A stretch of 63,229 nucleotides of DNA, the filler included, from Aduncisulcus paluster (lineage: Eukaryota), in NCBI GenBank assembly GCA_024181965.1. It is 6 parts of 6 records of this genome, joined end to end, with 100 filler letters (N's around TTAATTAATTAA, not from the genome) between each part and the next. Parts side by side here need not be neighbours in the genome. Positions count along the whole stretch, not along the records: positions 23,662 to 51,683 come from BQXS01011438.1; 5 more parts are not named here. One strand, written 5' to 3'. Below are positions 36,515 through 47,509 of the stretch, piece after piece. A program made the translations under genes and the position numbers. Numbering within the stretch: position 1 is the stretch's first letter; every line of letters starts with the position of its first letter. The notes under the pieces are model-generated. The model saw only the letters and a list, made by a program, of their open reading frames with translations, made no database searches and was not told the origin of the DNA.

Positions 36515-37693
36515 ATGTGGCGTTTTGATGCCGAGGCGAAATCACCTCTAAAATCAATAATTTGTGGGGAGCATTATGTTTTATATAAAAGTCCTGCTTT
36601 AGTGGCGGCCATTAGTCAATTCATTACTGGAAAATGTAATACAGTCATTTCTGATGATATTCAGGGAGAAAGAACATTCATTCAAGTATCAATAATTATA
36701 AAGGGTACAAAACACGAGGCAGTTTTTACCTATAATAGAGTTAAATCTGATATTTCTGATTTTCGCCTCTATCGATCTGTCCTTCCCAAAAAGGATTCTC
36801 TTGTCGAGGATAAGTTTCCCGATTCCACAAAATATGAAATCGCATTATATCTTCTTGGGTTCGAGTTTTTTGATGCTCTTACCAAGCTTGTTTCAGAAGA
36901 CTATGAATCAATTTTATTTTCTCATATTAAGTCCATTTCTCTCTCTTTCTCTCTTAATGTTCACCCTGGCTGTGGATTGGGTACCTCCGCTGGCCTTGGT
37001 GCGGTTGTTTCAGCTCTCGCATATAGCATTCGCCAAAAACTGGAAAGTCTCCCTCTCTTCCGTAATATTCCCCATATCCCAGAGTATACTTCCTTTATTC
37101 TCAATCGAACGATAACATTTGATAATATGATCCATAGACCCGCGAGTGGTGTTGATGCCTATGCCGTTGTCTTAGGAGGGCTTCTTGTATATCATATGGG
37201 TCGGACTCCATCCCGTCTCCAATCCAAATCTGTGTCCAAAGAACTTGATAAAAAAGACGAACTCCTTTGCTTCCTTATCGATACAAAAGAGGAGAAAGAT
37301 ACTCGACTTAGTGTTAAGCTTGTCCGAGAATTGATCGACAAAAGTCCTTCATTTAAAGAAGAGGTCGAAAAGGTTGCAAAGAAACTAACCAAGGTATTGG
37401 CACATCCAAAGGAACAGATTGGAGGATTTATTGAGGAGAATGGACTCGTTCTGGACCAGTCTGTTTCGACTCTCGAAAAGGCTGGAGTTATAGGGAAAAA
37501 TTGTTTATTCTTAAGAAAAGTGCTTAGAAAACATGTTATTTGTGTTAAATTATGTGGAGGTGGACCTGGTGGGTTTTGTTTAGCATTTTTGTGGAAACCT
37601 AAAGAGAAGGAATTTCTTTCAATTTTAGAATCATATCATTTCGATGCCATGAAAATATCACTGGGTGTTTCGGGATGTTTCATTGTGAAATGA
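36515..37693 (+). CDS. MVK: Mevalonate kinase (GHMP kinase)
   Basis: PLKSIICGEHYVLY, PGCGLGTSA, HRPASGVD and KLCGGGPGG motifs. Confidence 0.8.
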   Translation: MWRFDAEAKSPLKSIICGEHYVLYKSPALVAAISQFITGKCNTVISDDIQGERTFIQVSIIIKGTKHEAVFTYNRVKSDISDFRLYRSVLPKKDSLVEDKFPDSTKYEIALYLLGFEFFDALTKLVSEDYESILFSHIKSISLSFSLNVHPGCGLGTSAGLGAVVSALAYSIRQKLESLPLFRNIPHIPEYTSFILNRTITFDNMIHRPASGVDAYAVVLGGLLVYHMGRTPSRLQSKSVSKELDKKDELLCFLIDTKEEKDTRLSVKLVRELIDKSPSFKEEVEKVAKKLTKVLAHPKEQIGGFIEENGLVLDQSVSTLEKAGVIGKNCLFLRKVLRKHVICVKLCGGGPGGFCLAFLWKPKEKEFLSILESYHFDAMKISLGVSGCFIVK

Positions 37694-39116
37694 GAGCATG
37701 AGATTTCAAATCTGACAAGTTGTCATATTTTACCAAACTCAAAATCTATTTTGAAGCTCTCTTATTCACCATATTGGAAAAATAAATTGATATCCTATTA
37801 ATATTGAGCCCATGGATTTTATTTATTTCTGGCTTAAGTCAAAATGAATTCTATACCATCAAATGAACCACAAAGTGGCTCCACCAATGGTGGACCACCA
37901 TATATTACCACCTCGAAAGGCAATATAACACAGGGGGTGAAAAATAAGTGTTCATTGAGCATGGTCAAGAACAGGCCGCTTAGAAGAGCCACCCAATAGA
38001 ACCTCCTGAAAAATGCACTAGCTTTTTACCGGTTCATCTATTCCAAAACGTCAGGTTGGGAAGACATCCACTGGGATCAAGTTCTCCATAATCAGAATGG
38101 AAATCCATTTTGGAACTAGAGCAGGGGCTTTTTCTTAGTTTACCCGAAATAAGTTATTTCAGGAGTTGAACTCCCACCCAACTCTCCACAAAGAAGATCA
38201 CATGGAGAGCAAAAAAAGGAAAAAGATCTCGATGAGATTGAGATGACAAAAATAGTTGATATGACAACTCAGTTTGTCAGGTTACAGGCTGTAAACTGTA
38301 AAGCTTCAAACTGTTAGACTCTAACATCAGTCGGACTGAGTCTAATAGACTCTATCATATCAAAAACAGAAAACAGTTTAAATAGAAAATTATAATACGT
38401 TACCAAGTATTTCATCAACAAAAATAACGATAACCTTTCACAATATCGCTATATAGATCATCCCTTGAATGATGCAAATCCAAACGGTTTACATGAGACT
38501 TATTTCAAACATCAAATTGATTCCATAAACATTATTCAAATATTAATGGAAATCAAAATTTTTAGGGCGAAGGAAACCGGACAAAAATGCCCGCATTTTG
38601 GTCACCAAGATTTGAGAGATTTTCTACAAACATAAAAACAGACCAGCCGCTACCGATGATCCCTTTTCCTTGAATTCGTTACTTCCCTTGGCTGAGGATA
38701 ATTGGCAGAAAGTGTTTATTTCTGTCGAACACTGTTCTATGGCATAAGGGAAGTCTTCTTCCGGAAAGACTTCGCACAGGCTCCCTGTATGCAAAAGAAT
38801 CGACTTCGATTGAAGCTGAGTTGCCCATGGTGAAACTTTATTTGACAAACCAGGCCGCCAAGGATCTACAAACGAGAATGACTCACAAGAAACACTTTTC
38901 TAATGGCCTTATACGTGATGGTAAGTGTGGTAAGGATTATTCGAGATGCAATGATACAAGTCCGGTGCCTGCCACCTTGGCTAAACGTTGTATCCCTGAG
39001 GATGGCTAGGGAAATCTATTATTCGTAAAAATCATATCAAAATGTTTGACAAATCTGATCAATGTTAATCACTGTTTTGTCATCGAAAAACAATAATAAT
39101 AATCAAAACAATCTAA

Positions 39117-40309
39117 ATGTCATCAACTTGCCACTTTAGTGCCTTTGAGATTGTCAACAAATCACATCCCAAACGATCCCTCCCAAAATCACTGAAATCG
39201 CGGCTTCGTCATCATCGAACCAACACCAAAGAAGCTTACAGTATCCGAGATAGACAAATTGTTGAGAGAAGAAATGACCACCTTGACTCAGTTCGTGGAA
39301 GAGCTGCAAGACTTGGCACTTCAAGGGTTGAACATGCAATACTGAAAAGGAAGAAAGGTGAGTGCATCTCAATGTTCGGACTCCCTGTGTTTCATCACGT
39401 GAAAGCTTGCTCATTTTGCTTCAATGAAGTGATGCAAATCCCATATATTAGGAAAGATCATGCTCCCAAGAGACAGGAGAAATATATGGAGAATAGACAA
39501 GAATGGAGGGATAAATTAGCAAAAAGATATCACATCAATGTTTCTCGTCATCCTGAAAAACTTGACAAAGTATTTCAGTTGTACAAAGAAGTGAAGTATT
39601 ACAAAGACATGCTTGCTCATAACAGAAGACGAAGCCTGTGGCTTCTTGAAAGGAAGCGAAGAGCCCACGAATGGGGAGTTGAGAGAGTTGTTGTTGTGTT
39701 GAAAAGAAAAAAGGAAATTGAAGAGAAGAAGAAGGCAAAAATTGAAGTAGACAAATTGTTGAGAGAAGAAATGACCACCTTGACTCAGTTCGTGGAAGAG
39801 CTGCAAGACTTGGCACTTCAAGGGTTGAACATGCAATACTGAAAAGGAAGAAAGGTGAGTGCATCTCAATGTTCGGACTCCCTGTGTTTCATCACGTGAA
39901 AGCTTGCTCATTTTGCTTCAATGAAGTGATGCAAATCCCATATATTAGGAAAGATCATGCTCCCAAGAGACAGGAGAAATATATGGAGAATAGACAAGAA
40001 TGGAGGGATAAATTAGCAAAAAGATATCACATCAATGTTTCTCGTCATCCTGAAAAACTTGACAAAGTATTTCAGTTGTACAAAGAAGTGAAGTATTACA
40101 AAGACATGCTTGCTCATAACAGAAGACGAAGCCTGTGGCTTCTTGAAAGGAAGCGAAGAGCCCACGAATGGGGAGTTGAGAGAGTTGTTGTTGTGTTGAA
40201 AAGAAAAAAGGAAATTGAAGAGAAGAAGAAGGCAAAAATTGAAGAAAAGACAAGAGATATCCAAGTGCCAGAAAAAAGTCCAAAATCACCCATTGCAGGA
40301 GGAATTTAA
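39117..40309 (+). CDS. Hypothetical basic coiled-coil protein, disrupted in this assembly by a 497-bp tandem duplication
   Basis: Collapsing one copy joins the start at 39117 to the ..KIEEKTRDIQ..GGI-stop ending at 40309. Confidence 0.45.
39251..40244 (+). repeat. Tandem duplication, 2 x 497 bp, apparently identical and frame-shifting
   Basis: TAGACAAATTGTTGAGAG... occurs at 39251 and 39748. Confidence 0.9.
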
Positions 40310-40744
40310 CCAATCCGGTTCTTTCACGATGAGCATGCAACATTTTATTCATTTCAGTAGGGTTCGTTCCGATGAACATTAAAATTGTTTAAATCTACTT
40401 TTCTTTCTTTTATTAAAGAATATCATTTTATTTCTTGACATGTGAATTCTACATTCATATAAACTACCTTTTATCTTTCAATATCAAGGCTTTTATCATT
40501 AGATTGGGAATAAAAGTGCCTTTAAGAGTAGAATTCAATTGTTGATCCCCATTGTTGATGTCCATATCATCTAGAATTTCAATTTCACAACTTTATCTAT
40601 TTCAAAGGCAATATTCAAGATGTAATATGTTGCGCAAAATCAATTGAAAATAATCGAAATGTGTAAGTTGTCATAAAATCTCTCATTGATGCAAAATATA
40701 AGAGTCTACGGACCAGTGATTAAATATTAATCAATATCACTTTT

Positions 40745-42328
40745 TTAATCATCATCTTCAAATTCTAAGGGCCTTTTATGTAGTTTTGTCTTCAGAGCAG
40801 GAGTTGAGTTTACAATATCGATAGTTTCTGGGGATTTTTCAGATTCTTCAGAATCCTCCTCAACTTCTTCATGATTGCTTGTCCTTGTGATATATTCAAA
40901 TATTATCCCAGCAACCCATTTCATGAGCGAAGCAATGACAGAAATCACTGGAATATTGTGTGAATCAGCAAATTGATGGATCCAATCCCCCATTTGTCCT
41001 GATAAAGACTGTAATGATGGACTGATACACCATCTCAGGAACAGAAATATCAGGGAAGAGATGAACGATAGAAAAGGATGGGAAGAAGCAGCCGGGATGG
41101 AAGATGGGAGAGAAGAACGCGGAGAAGAAGGGGAAATGTCAGATCCAATAGGACTACTTCCTGAGGGAGTCACAGATGGAGATGATCCATTATTCCCAAG
41201 ACTCTTTGTTTTTCTAAGTCCACACACTCTCCACATGGCTCCTACCTCGGAACTTGCCCCACATTCCTTCCAAGTACAAGACAATCCATTCATGGCCAAT
41301 TCAAACGGAAGAATACATTCCAATGCAGCAATTGCATCCTGCCAGAGCTCGCTATGGGATGTTGTCCACTGTTCGAGCAAGGAAACATCTGACCCATCAT
41401 CATCAGAGTGCTCTATTTCCCCATCTGGATTTACGGTTGAAGGAGAGTCAAGAGATGAGAAATTGGCAAAGGAATCGATGGTTTCTTCAATATCTTTATC
41501 CGGGGAGTGGGCAGTGAATGTTCTATTTTTAGGTTTTTGAAATTTGGACTTGTCAGAGTTACTTCTGCCTCGCCCCAACAGAAAAGAAGAGAAATTCAAT
41601 GATGAAGAAGGCAAAAAGATCAATGTTTGAAGTAAAGTAATAAGCACAATCGACATAACAAGAGACATCGGCGGCAAGAGATGGTGTGGTTTTGAAGTGA
41701 GAGAGCAGTGTGGAAGAGAAATAGGCTGTTCCACCTGTGAGTCAATAGAATTCGAACTAAGATCTTGAGGTGGATCTGGGGATTTCTTAAAAATATTGGC
41801 AAAGAAAGAAGAAGAAGATTTTTGGGAACTATCTTGGGAATCGTCCTGGAAGTCAATATTAGGTGTAAAAATGACGTCTTCCTCTCGAATTACCGTGAAT
41901 ACAATTGGATTGCACAAATAAATGACAGCTATGATAAAAATATATTGGAAAGAAGGATTAAGAAGAAATTCTTGGATTGAACGAGGTTTAGAACGGATAA
42001 GAGATGTTGAAAATTGAATAACACATGAAATTATAAAAATTCTTGAAATCCAAACTGCAAAGTTTTCTCCATATCCCATGGAATATAACCATGGAATATA
42101 TGGAGGGATAGATTCAGTTGAATACGCAGAGTATGCAGCCTCAGAATAATATGGATAATATTGACTTGGATTATATGAAAGTTTATGAAAAATAAATCTT
42201 ATTGCATCGATTACAAAACATATTGGTTTACAGAGAAAAAGAATTATACCTGAAAGAATTACGACAATATTTCCAATTAAAAAGGTACTTTCTCTCTCAA
42301 CTATATTTGTTAGAAATTCAAAAACCAT
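40745..42328 (-). CDS. Hypothetical multi-pass membrane protein
   Basis: Long ORF with several hydrophobic segments and Ser-rich loops. Confidence 0.65.
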   Translation of the reverse strand: MVFEFLTNIVERESTFLIGNIVVILSGIILFLCKPICFVIDAIRFIFHKLSYNPSQYYPYYSEAAYSAYSTESIPPYIPWLYSMGYGENFAVWISRIFIISCVIQFSTSLIRSKPRSIQEFLLNPSFQYIFIIAVIYLCNPIVFTVIREEDVIFTPNIDFQDDSQDSSQKSSSSFFANIFKKSPDPPQDLSSNSIDSQVEQPISLPHCSLTSKPHHLLPPMSLVMSIVLITLLQTLIFLPSSSLNFSSFLLGRGRSNSDKSKFQKPKNRTFTAHSPDKDIEETIDSFANFSSLDSPSTVNPDGEIEHSDDDGSDVSLLEQWTTSHSELWQDAIAALECILPFELAMNGLSCTWKECGASSEVGAMWRVCGLRKTKSLGNNGSSPSVTPSGSSPIGSDISPSSPRSSLPSSIPAASSHPFLSFISSLIFLFLRWCISPSLQSLSGQMGDWIHQFADSHNIPVISVIASLMKWVAGIIFEYITRTSNHEEVEEDSEESEKSPETIDIVNSTPALKTKLHKRPLEFEDDD

Positions 42329-42504
42329 TTGGATACCTGGTAAGCACAAAAAACACGTTCAGATTGTTTGTTGATTAAAAAAGAAAGATAAAGAATCAAT
42401 TTCGCTTTATAAAGATATGGATAAACAAACTTTTACGTTTTTTGAAAAAATAAAAACAAAATTCAGGAGACAATGAAAAATCGGGGATTTGAACACAAAA
42501 CTTA

Positions 42505-45135
42505 ATGGATAGATTGAATCCAAATTTATTAAGGTCTGCGACGAAAATAGGCAAGATGCCTTCAATTTTCGAGCGTCTTTTCATTCAAAATATGAAAGAA
42601 CTCAAATTTACTACAAAACGTCTACAATATAACAAATCAAAGCGTATTTCAAAGGTTGAAGACCTAAAAAAGGAAGATATATATCGCGAAGATATTTTAA
42701 AACTATCGGATGTTGATAAAGAAGATAGATTACGTCATAAAACCGAAAGTGATTCCGAGTTGGAGTCAAAACTTATTTTCGACAAAAAAGCTGCTGAAGA
42801 ACATGTCGATTCTTTCTTGTGGCTTCAAGATATGATGTATACCTCCGTTGAATGCTCTTGTGAAATCGCTGAGCTTCATCGATTATTTTTTGTTGATCAA
42901 CTTCCTTCATATATATCAGATGCCGTTTCGGCAATAATATTGCCCTCTAGTGAAAAATCAGATTCTGAGACTGAAGAAAACGGCATGGAAGCAGTGTCTT
43001 CGGCTTTGGAAACCATTATCTCAGAATCATCTCCTTCAATCACCCAAGGTATTGTTCGAGAGCTTATCAATGCATTAGAATCCAAGGATAAACGACCTGA
43101 AATGGAAGAAGAGGGTGAGTCTGAACAATCTACTCAACCCATCCCCCCTTCTCTTCTTCTCTCATTATTTCAGCGTATTGAGGAGGAAGAAGAGGAAGAG
43201 GAGGAAGAGGAAGAATCTATCGGGATATCAGATATCATTTCAGCTGCGTCTTCAGCCTTTGCTTCCAAAAGTAAGCAACAATCTCGTGATGAATCTAATT
43301 TAGAATATATTGAGACAGTTGAAGGAATAGAACTCGTAGAAGAGGCAAAACAGCAAAAACCTATTGAACCCGTTGTCAAAGATAAGGAAAAGAAAGGGGC
43401 GACCTCAAAAAGTTCCAAACAATCTGATGAATCTCAGGGTACTTTCTCTCCTATTCTCCCTCTTCTTTTCCCCTACAAACTCCCTCTTATCTTCCCCAAG
43501 TCCCTCTCTTCCGTTGTTCTTGACTTTCTCTCCCTCTCCTCTCCCTCTTCGCTTCCCTCACTCACCCACGGGTCCCTCTTGCGAATGTGTGACTCTCTTT
43601 GGAATGCAGAGACCCACACGCAGCATATGCTAACCGCTCTTCACTCTGCTTTCGTTCAATCTCTTCTGAGTCCTGATCTCAGTATGTCCCGTCCAATACA
43701 TGAGTTCATAGATAATATGAACGAGATCCCCCTTTCGTTACGTCCCAGGCCTGAAACCCACAAAGAGCTTGAACATCGGTTATCGGTTTTGGAGAACTCT
43801 CTTGTCCACTCAGCCAATGCTCAGCGTGCCCGATGTGAATTCTATCTTGGTGCCTTGGGTCGTTTGTGTCTTGATGGATCTAGTTTTTGTGCCCTTATTA
43901 CAGGTCAAGCTGCGGACCAGGCAGGCGGAAAGAAAAAAGATGGTAAATCGAAAGGAAAACCTACAAAGAAACCTGTTCAGAAGGGCGGTGCATCTAAGAA
44001 AGGCTCTGGTTCCAGTTCAAAAGGAATGGCAGATGGAGATGATTCTCCCCCCTTTGAGAAGGAATCTGTGCCCGAGAGTGTAGACATTGCTGAGACACAG
44101 AGCGTGATTGATTCTTTTACAAAGGTTTCTGCTCAAGCCATTGCTGAGTACATTGCTTCATCAATCGTTTCTCTTCGTTTATTACTTCTTTCCTTGTGCA
44201 TTAGTTTTGGAGGTAGTGTGGGTTTTGACATGAGTTCTGAGATTGCTCTTCTTGAAGAAGATCGGAAGGAGGTTACATCAGCTGATTCACACAGAAAGGA
44301 TGAAATTCAAACTCGAATCCTCGAGTCTCTGTTCTCGGATAACGGTGAAGCAAAGGAAAGCAAGGGAAAAGGAAAAGATAAAGGAAAAACTCAAGGAAAA
44401 GATAAAAAGGGGAAAGGGATTGAAGTTTCAATGGAAATATCTACTGAGAAGTTAGGAATAGATGAGCTAACAACATGGGCAGAAGAGTATTCGTCCAAGA
44501 CAGTGTCTGAGTCGGAAGAACTCAGTCCTCTTAAATTCCCCATTGTCAAGATTTGTGAACTTTTTTCAGAAGAATTATCTACCCTTATGAAAGAGTTTAT
44601 GTCAAATCAGATGTTTCTAAAAGATAAAGAATACATAAAGTCTGAGAGCGTATTGAGGTTTCTCCTTGCTCATCCAGTATTTCAAGAGTCTTCTTCTTCT
44701 TCTCCTTCTTCATCTTCATCAGATAGTGGCTCAACAGACGTCTCCTCAAGTTCCTTATCATTCTCCCAGGACATTTTAAAGGCTGTATTGGATGTCTTGA
44801 TGCAGAAATACACGATAGATCCAATTCCATCCAACCTTTTGGAGATGTTTTTTTCCATTGGAAAAGTTTTATGCTCCAGAATTCAACGTGTTGTCATTAT
44901 GGCGAAAGAGATGAACGAAAGAATCACCAAATCCATCTTTTCACGGCTTAAATGGCTTCATAATAGTGTAAAAAGGCAATGGGTTGTACTAAACAAAGAG
45001 ATTGATATTTGTGTTGATAAGTTGAGGATCGCCATTGATAGCAATGATGTTTGTTCAATGAAAGTGGAGTTTTCATCTCCTCCAATATGTCATTGGGAAC
45101 ACGGAGAGATATATTTTAGCAATAAGGATAAATGA
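42505..45135 (+). CDS. Hypothetical helical protein with acidic and Lys-rich inserts
   Basis: 876-aa ORF with no recognised motif. Confidence 0.65.
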   Translation: MDRLNPNLLRSATKIGKMPSIFERLFIQNMKELKFTTKRLQYNKSKRISKVEDLKKEDIYREDILKLSDVDKEDRLRHKTESDSELESKLIFDKKAAEEHVDSFLWLQDMMYTSVECSCEIAELHRLFFVDQLPSYISDAVSAIILPSSEKSDSETEENGMEAVSSALETIISESSPSITQGIVRELINALESKDKRPEMEEEGESEQSTQPIPPSLLLSLFQRIEEEEEEEEEEEESIGISDIISAASSAFASKSKQQSRDESNLEYIETVEGIELVEEAKQQKPIEPVVKDKEKKGATSKSSKQSDESQGTFSPILPLLFPYKLPLIFPKSLSSVVLDFLSLSSPSSLPSLTHGSLLRMCDSLWNAETHTQHMLTALHSAFVQSLLSPDLSMSRPIHEFIDNMNEIPLSLRPRPETHKELEHRLSVLENSLVHSANAQRARCEFYLGALGRLCLDGSSFCALITGQAADQAGGKKKDGKSKGKPTKKPVQKGGASKKGSGSSSKGMADGDDSPPFEKESVPESVDIAETQSVIDSFTKVSAQAIAEYIASSIVSLRLLLLSLCISFGGSVGFDMSSEIALLEEDRKEVTSADSHRKDEIQTRILESLFSDNGEAKESKGKGKDKGKTQGKDKKGKGIEVSMEISTEKLGIDELTTWAEEYSSKTVSESEELSPLKFPIVKICELFSEELSTLMKEFMSNQMFLKDKEYIKSESVLRFLLAHPVFQESSSSSPSSSSSDSGSTDVSSSSLSFSQDILKAVLDVLMQKYTIDPIPSNLLEMFFSIGKVLCSRIQRVVIMAKEMNERITKSIFSRLKWLHNSVKRQWVVLNKEIDICVDKLRIAIDSNDVCSMKVEFSSPPICHWEHGEIYFSNKDK

Positions 45136-45562
45136 AGCTGATTCAAAGAACGAAAATAAATAATATTCAATTGATTGACATGTCAATGACATGTGAGATC
45201 ATATCACTCATAGAAAATTTATTCACGGAGACACTAACAAGAATTTTTATGGCAGTGGCAGTGGCAGTGCCAATTTGACACTAATCTTCTTCAAGAATTA
45301 AATATTTCTCCAAAGTCGAAAATATATATTCAATCTCTTGATGATATGCACCATGTAATCTCAGTATCGTCAGACAAACTCTCAGAGATTCCCAATATAG
45401 AGTGTAAGGATTCTCTTTGGCAATTACGTCGGAGTATACACTCCTTGAATATTAATAGATCACCTATTGTGCTCATAATATTGATAAAACTGTCCAATAT
45501 GACTCCATGACGAAGATATTCCGTCGAAATTGGCTTGAATAGTCATTCAAACGTCCTAGAGT

Positions 45563-45895
45563 TCAATAAAACTTTTTTATATATTCTTCTTTCATACGTG
45601 CTATATGGCGTTTAATCTCTCGGGGAGGCAGCATACTATCAATCATCTGAGATCGCTGATCGTATATTTTTTCAGCTGCAGCCCAACGTTGCTGAACATC
45701 TTTTAAATCTTGTGATTTTGTTTTAGAAAGAGTCTCTTTGGTCCAAGAAGTGGCGGCTTTTCGCTCTTCTTCTGCAGGAGCAAAGGAAAATCGAGATTCC
45801 GTCTTCTTGTCTCTATACAACAGAGATCTTTGAATATGAGCCGATGTTCCAGTTCCACGCACACTTGAAACTCCAATGGAATGACCCTTTTCCAT
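45563..45895 (-). CDS. CWC21: Splicing factor Cwc21/SRRM2 N-terminal (cwf21) protein
   Basis: SIGVSSVRGTGTSAHIQRSL matches the conserved GIGL.T.RGSGT.GYVQRN motif. Confidence 0.7.
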   Translation of the reverse strand: MEKGHSIGVSSVRGTGTSAHIQRSLLYRDKKTESRFSFAPAEEERKAATSWTKETLSKTKSQDLKDVQQRWAAAEKIYDQRSQMIDSMLPPREIKRHIARMKEEYIKKFY

Positions 45896-46618
45896 TGATA
45901 AATGTTATCTTGCTCCAAAGAAACGATACATACTTTACAACTCAATATATCGATCGAAATCATTCCAAACACGTATTAAAGTTATAATTCTTAACTGCGG
46001 AATTGTGTACAATTTTTATTTAGTCATTTATTCAGCGTTAGTGACCAACTATCGAAAATGAACGATTTATTTATTTATAGGACGTAACAGGTTCTCGCTA
46101 AATTTTTTAATCACTAGGATTTTACGATAAATTATTTCAATAAATTTTGGGTTTAATTTGCGAGATTTTTTGGGTGTTTTTTGGCTGAAAGAATAAAAAG
46201 CTTAGGTGCCTACCCTTGCTCTTTGGTTCTTTCTTTTGGATTAAATTCCAGCTGTAAGACGATACACAAGTCGCTTCTCTTATACACAGGCCTCTTCCAA
46301 GCCCACATAGAAGGGTAGATACCCATCTACGTGATCTCTCTTCTCTGGTAAAATGCTTTACCACAATTACTTTCCAATAAGAGGGAGTCAATTCCACACA
46401 ATACTCACTATTTCTTCTTTGGAGACGACAATAAATCCAAAATTGATCCNNNNNNNNNNNNNNNNNNNNACGATACACAAGTCGCTTCTCTTATACACAG
46501 GCCTCTTCCAAGCCCACATAGAAGGGTAGATACCCATCTACGTGATCTCTCTTCTCTGGTAAAATGCTTTACCACAATTACTTTCCAATAAGAGGGAGTC
46601 AATTCCACACAATACTCA

Positions 46619-47509
46619 CTATTTCTTCTTTGGAGACGACAATAAATCCAAAATTGATCCACTAGTCCTTCTTTTACCGGTTTTTTCCACTGCTTTTGCA
46701 GGTGTGAGTGGTTTATATCCGCCACACATGAAATCAACTGGAGACTCACCCAAATCATGGAGAAGCCTCGTTATTTCAGTAAAACAACTCTCTTCCTTAT
46801 GAAAAGAGTCAACGGCAGGATGATTGGAGATTGAAAACTTCACTGGACAGCCAATTTTCTTAGCCTCAACTTCAACAGTTTTCATGAGAGTTTTCTTCGC
46901 GATTCCTCCCCATAAAACACAAACAAATCCCTTTCCAATCTTCTTCCTCGCCTTACAAATAGTTTGAATAGTGTGAATAATAAAAGGTTTCCAAGCGGTA
47001 GTGTGTTTTTTTAATTCTTCAGGATCTTTCCCTCCAAAAGTTAGTGCAGTATTGAGCCAAAGAACACCTTGATCACTCGTTTTTTGGAACCATTCGGGCG
47101 GTTCTGGAAGGGAGGTATGAGTGTAGATTGTGTCGCGAAGAGCAGCAACTTTGCTCGAGGGTTCTGCAAGATCCCTCGATCTGAGGACAGCTTTGATTAT
47201 GTTTCTTAGTGAGGGAGACATGGGAGAGGACCAACGTTTGACAAGACCATCATAAAATGCAACCCCCATGGCACTATCTCGACGGGGATAAGGATCTTGG
47301 CCAAAAATCAGAACCTTCACATGTTCTGGACCAGCTGGAAGAAATTTAAATGCATTGAAGACCAAATCTGACCGAGGGAAATATGATTTCGGAGCGGAAG
47401 AACCAATAAAGTCAATCAGAGATTTTGAGCTCTTAGATTGTAAGAGAAATTCATCTAAATATTTCCTCCATGAATCAGGAAGTTCATATTCACTTTCTTT
47501 TAATGTCAT
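46619..47509 (-). CDS. UNG: Uracil-DNA glycosylase, family 1
   Basis: KVLIFGQDPY, SPSLRNI, QGVLWLNTALT, VLWG and NHP motifs, with a basic C-terminal NLS-like tail (SPKKK). Confidence 0.88.
   Translation of the reverse strand: MTLKESEYELPDSWRKYLDEFLLQSKSSKSLIDFIGSSAPKSYFPRSDLVFNAFKFLPAGPEHVKVLIFGQDPYPRRDSAMGVAFYDGLVKRWSSPMSPSLRNIIKAVLRSRDLAEPSSKVAALRDTIYTHTSLPEPPEWFQKTSDQGVLWLNTALTFGGKDPEELKKHTTAWKPFIIHTIQTICKARKKIGKGFVCVLWGGIAKKTLMKTVEVEAKKIGCPVKFSISNHPAVDSFHKEESCFTEITRLLHDLGESPVDFMCGGYKPLTPAKAVEKTGKRRTSGSILDLLSSPKKK

Noticed and set aside
37931-38610. Possible transposon ends (CAGGGGGTGAAAAATAAG at 37931; CCGGAC..TGGTCACC at about 38577-38606)
   Set aside because: They are not inverted partners of each other and no TSD is identifiable. 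Too weak to call.
46200-46430. U6-like ACCAGAGAAG motif and hairpins downstream of UNG (minus strand)
   Set aside because: It lacks the exact ACAGAGA box and the following AGC/U2-pairing sequence, so an snRNA call is not supported.
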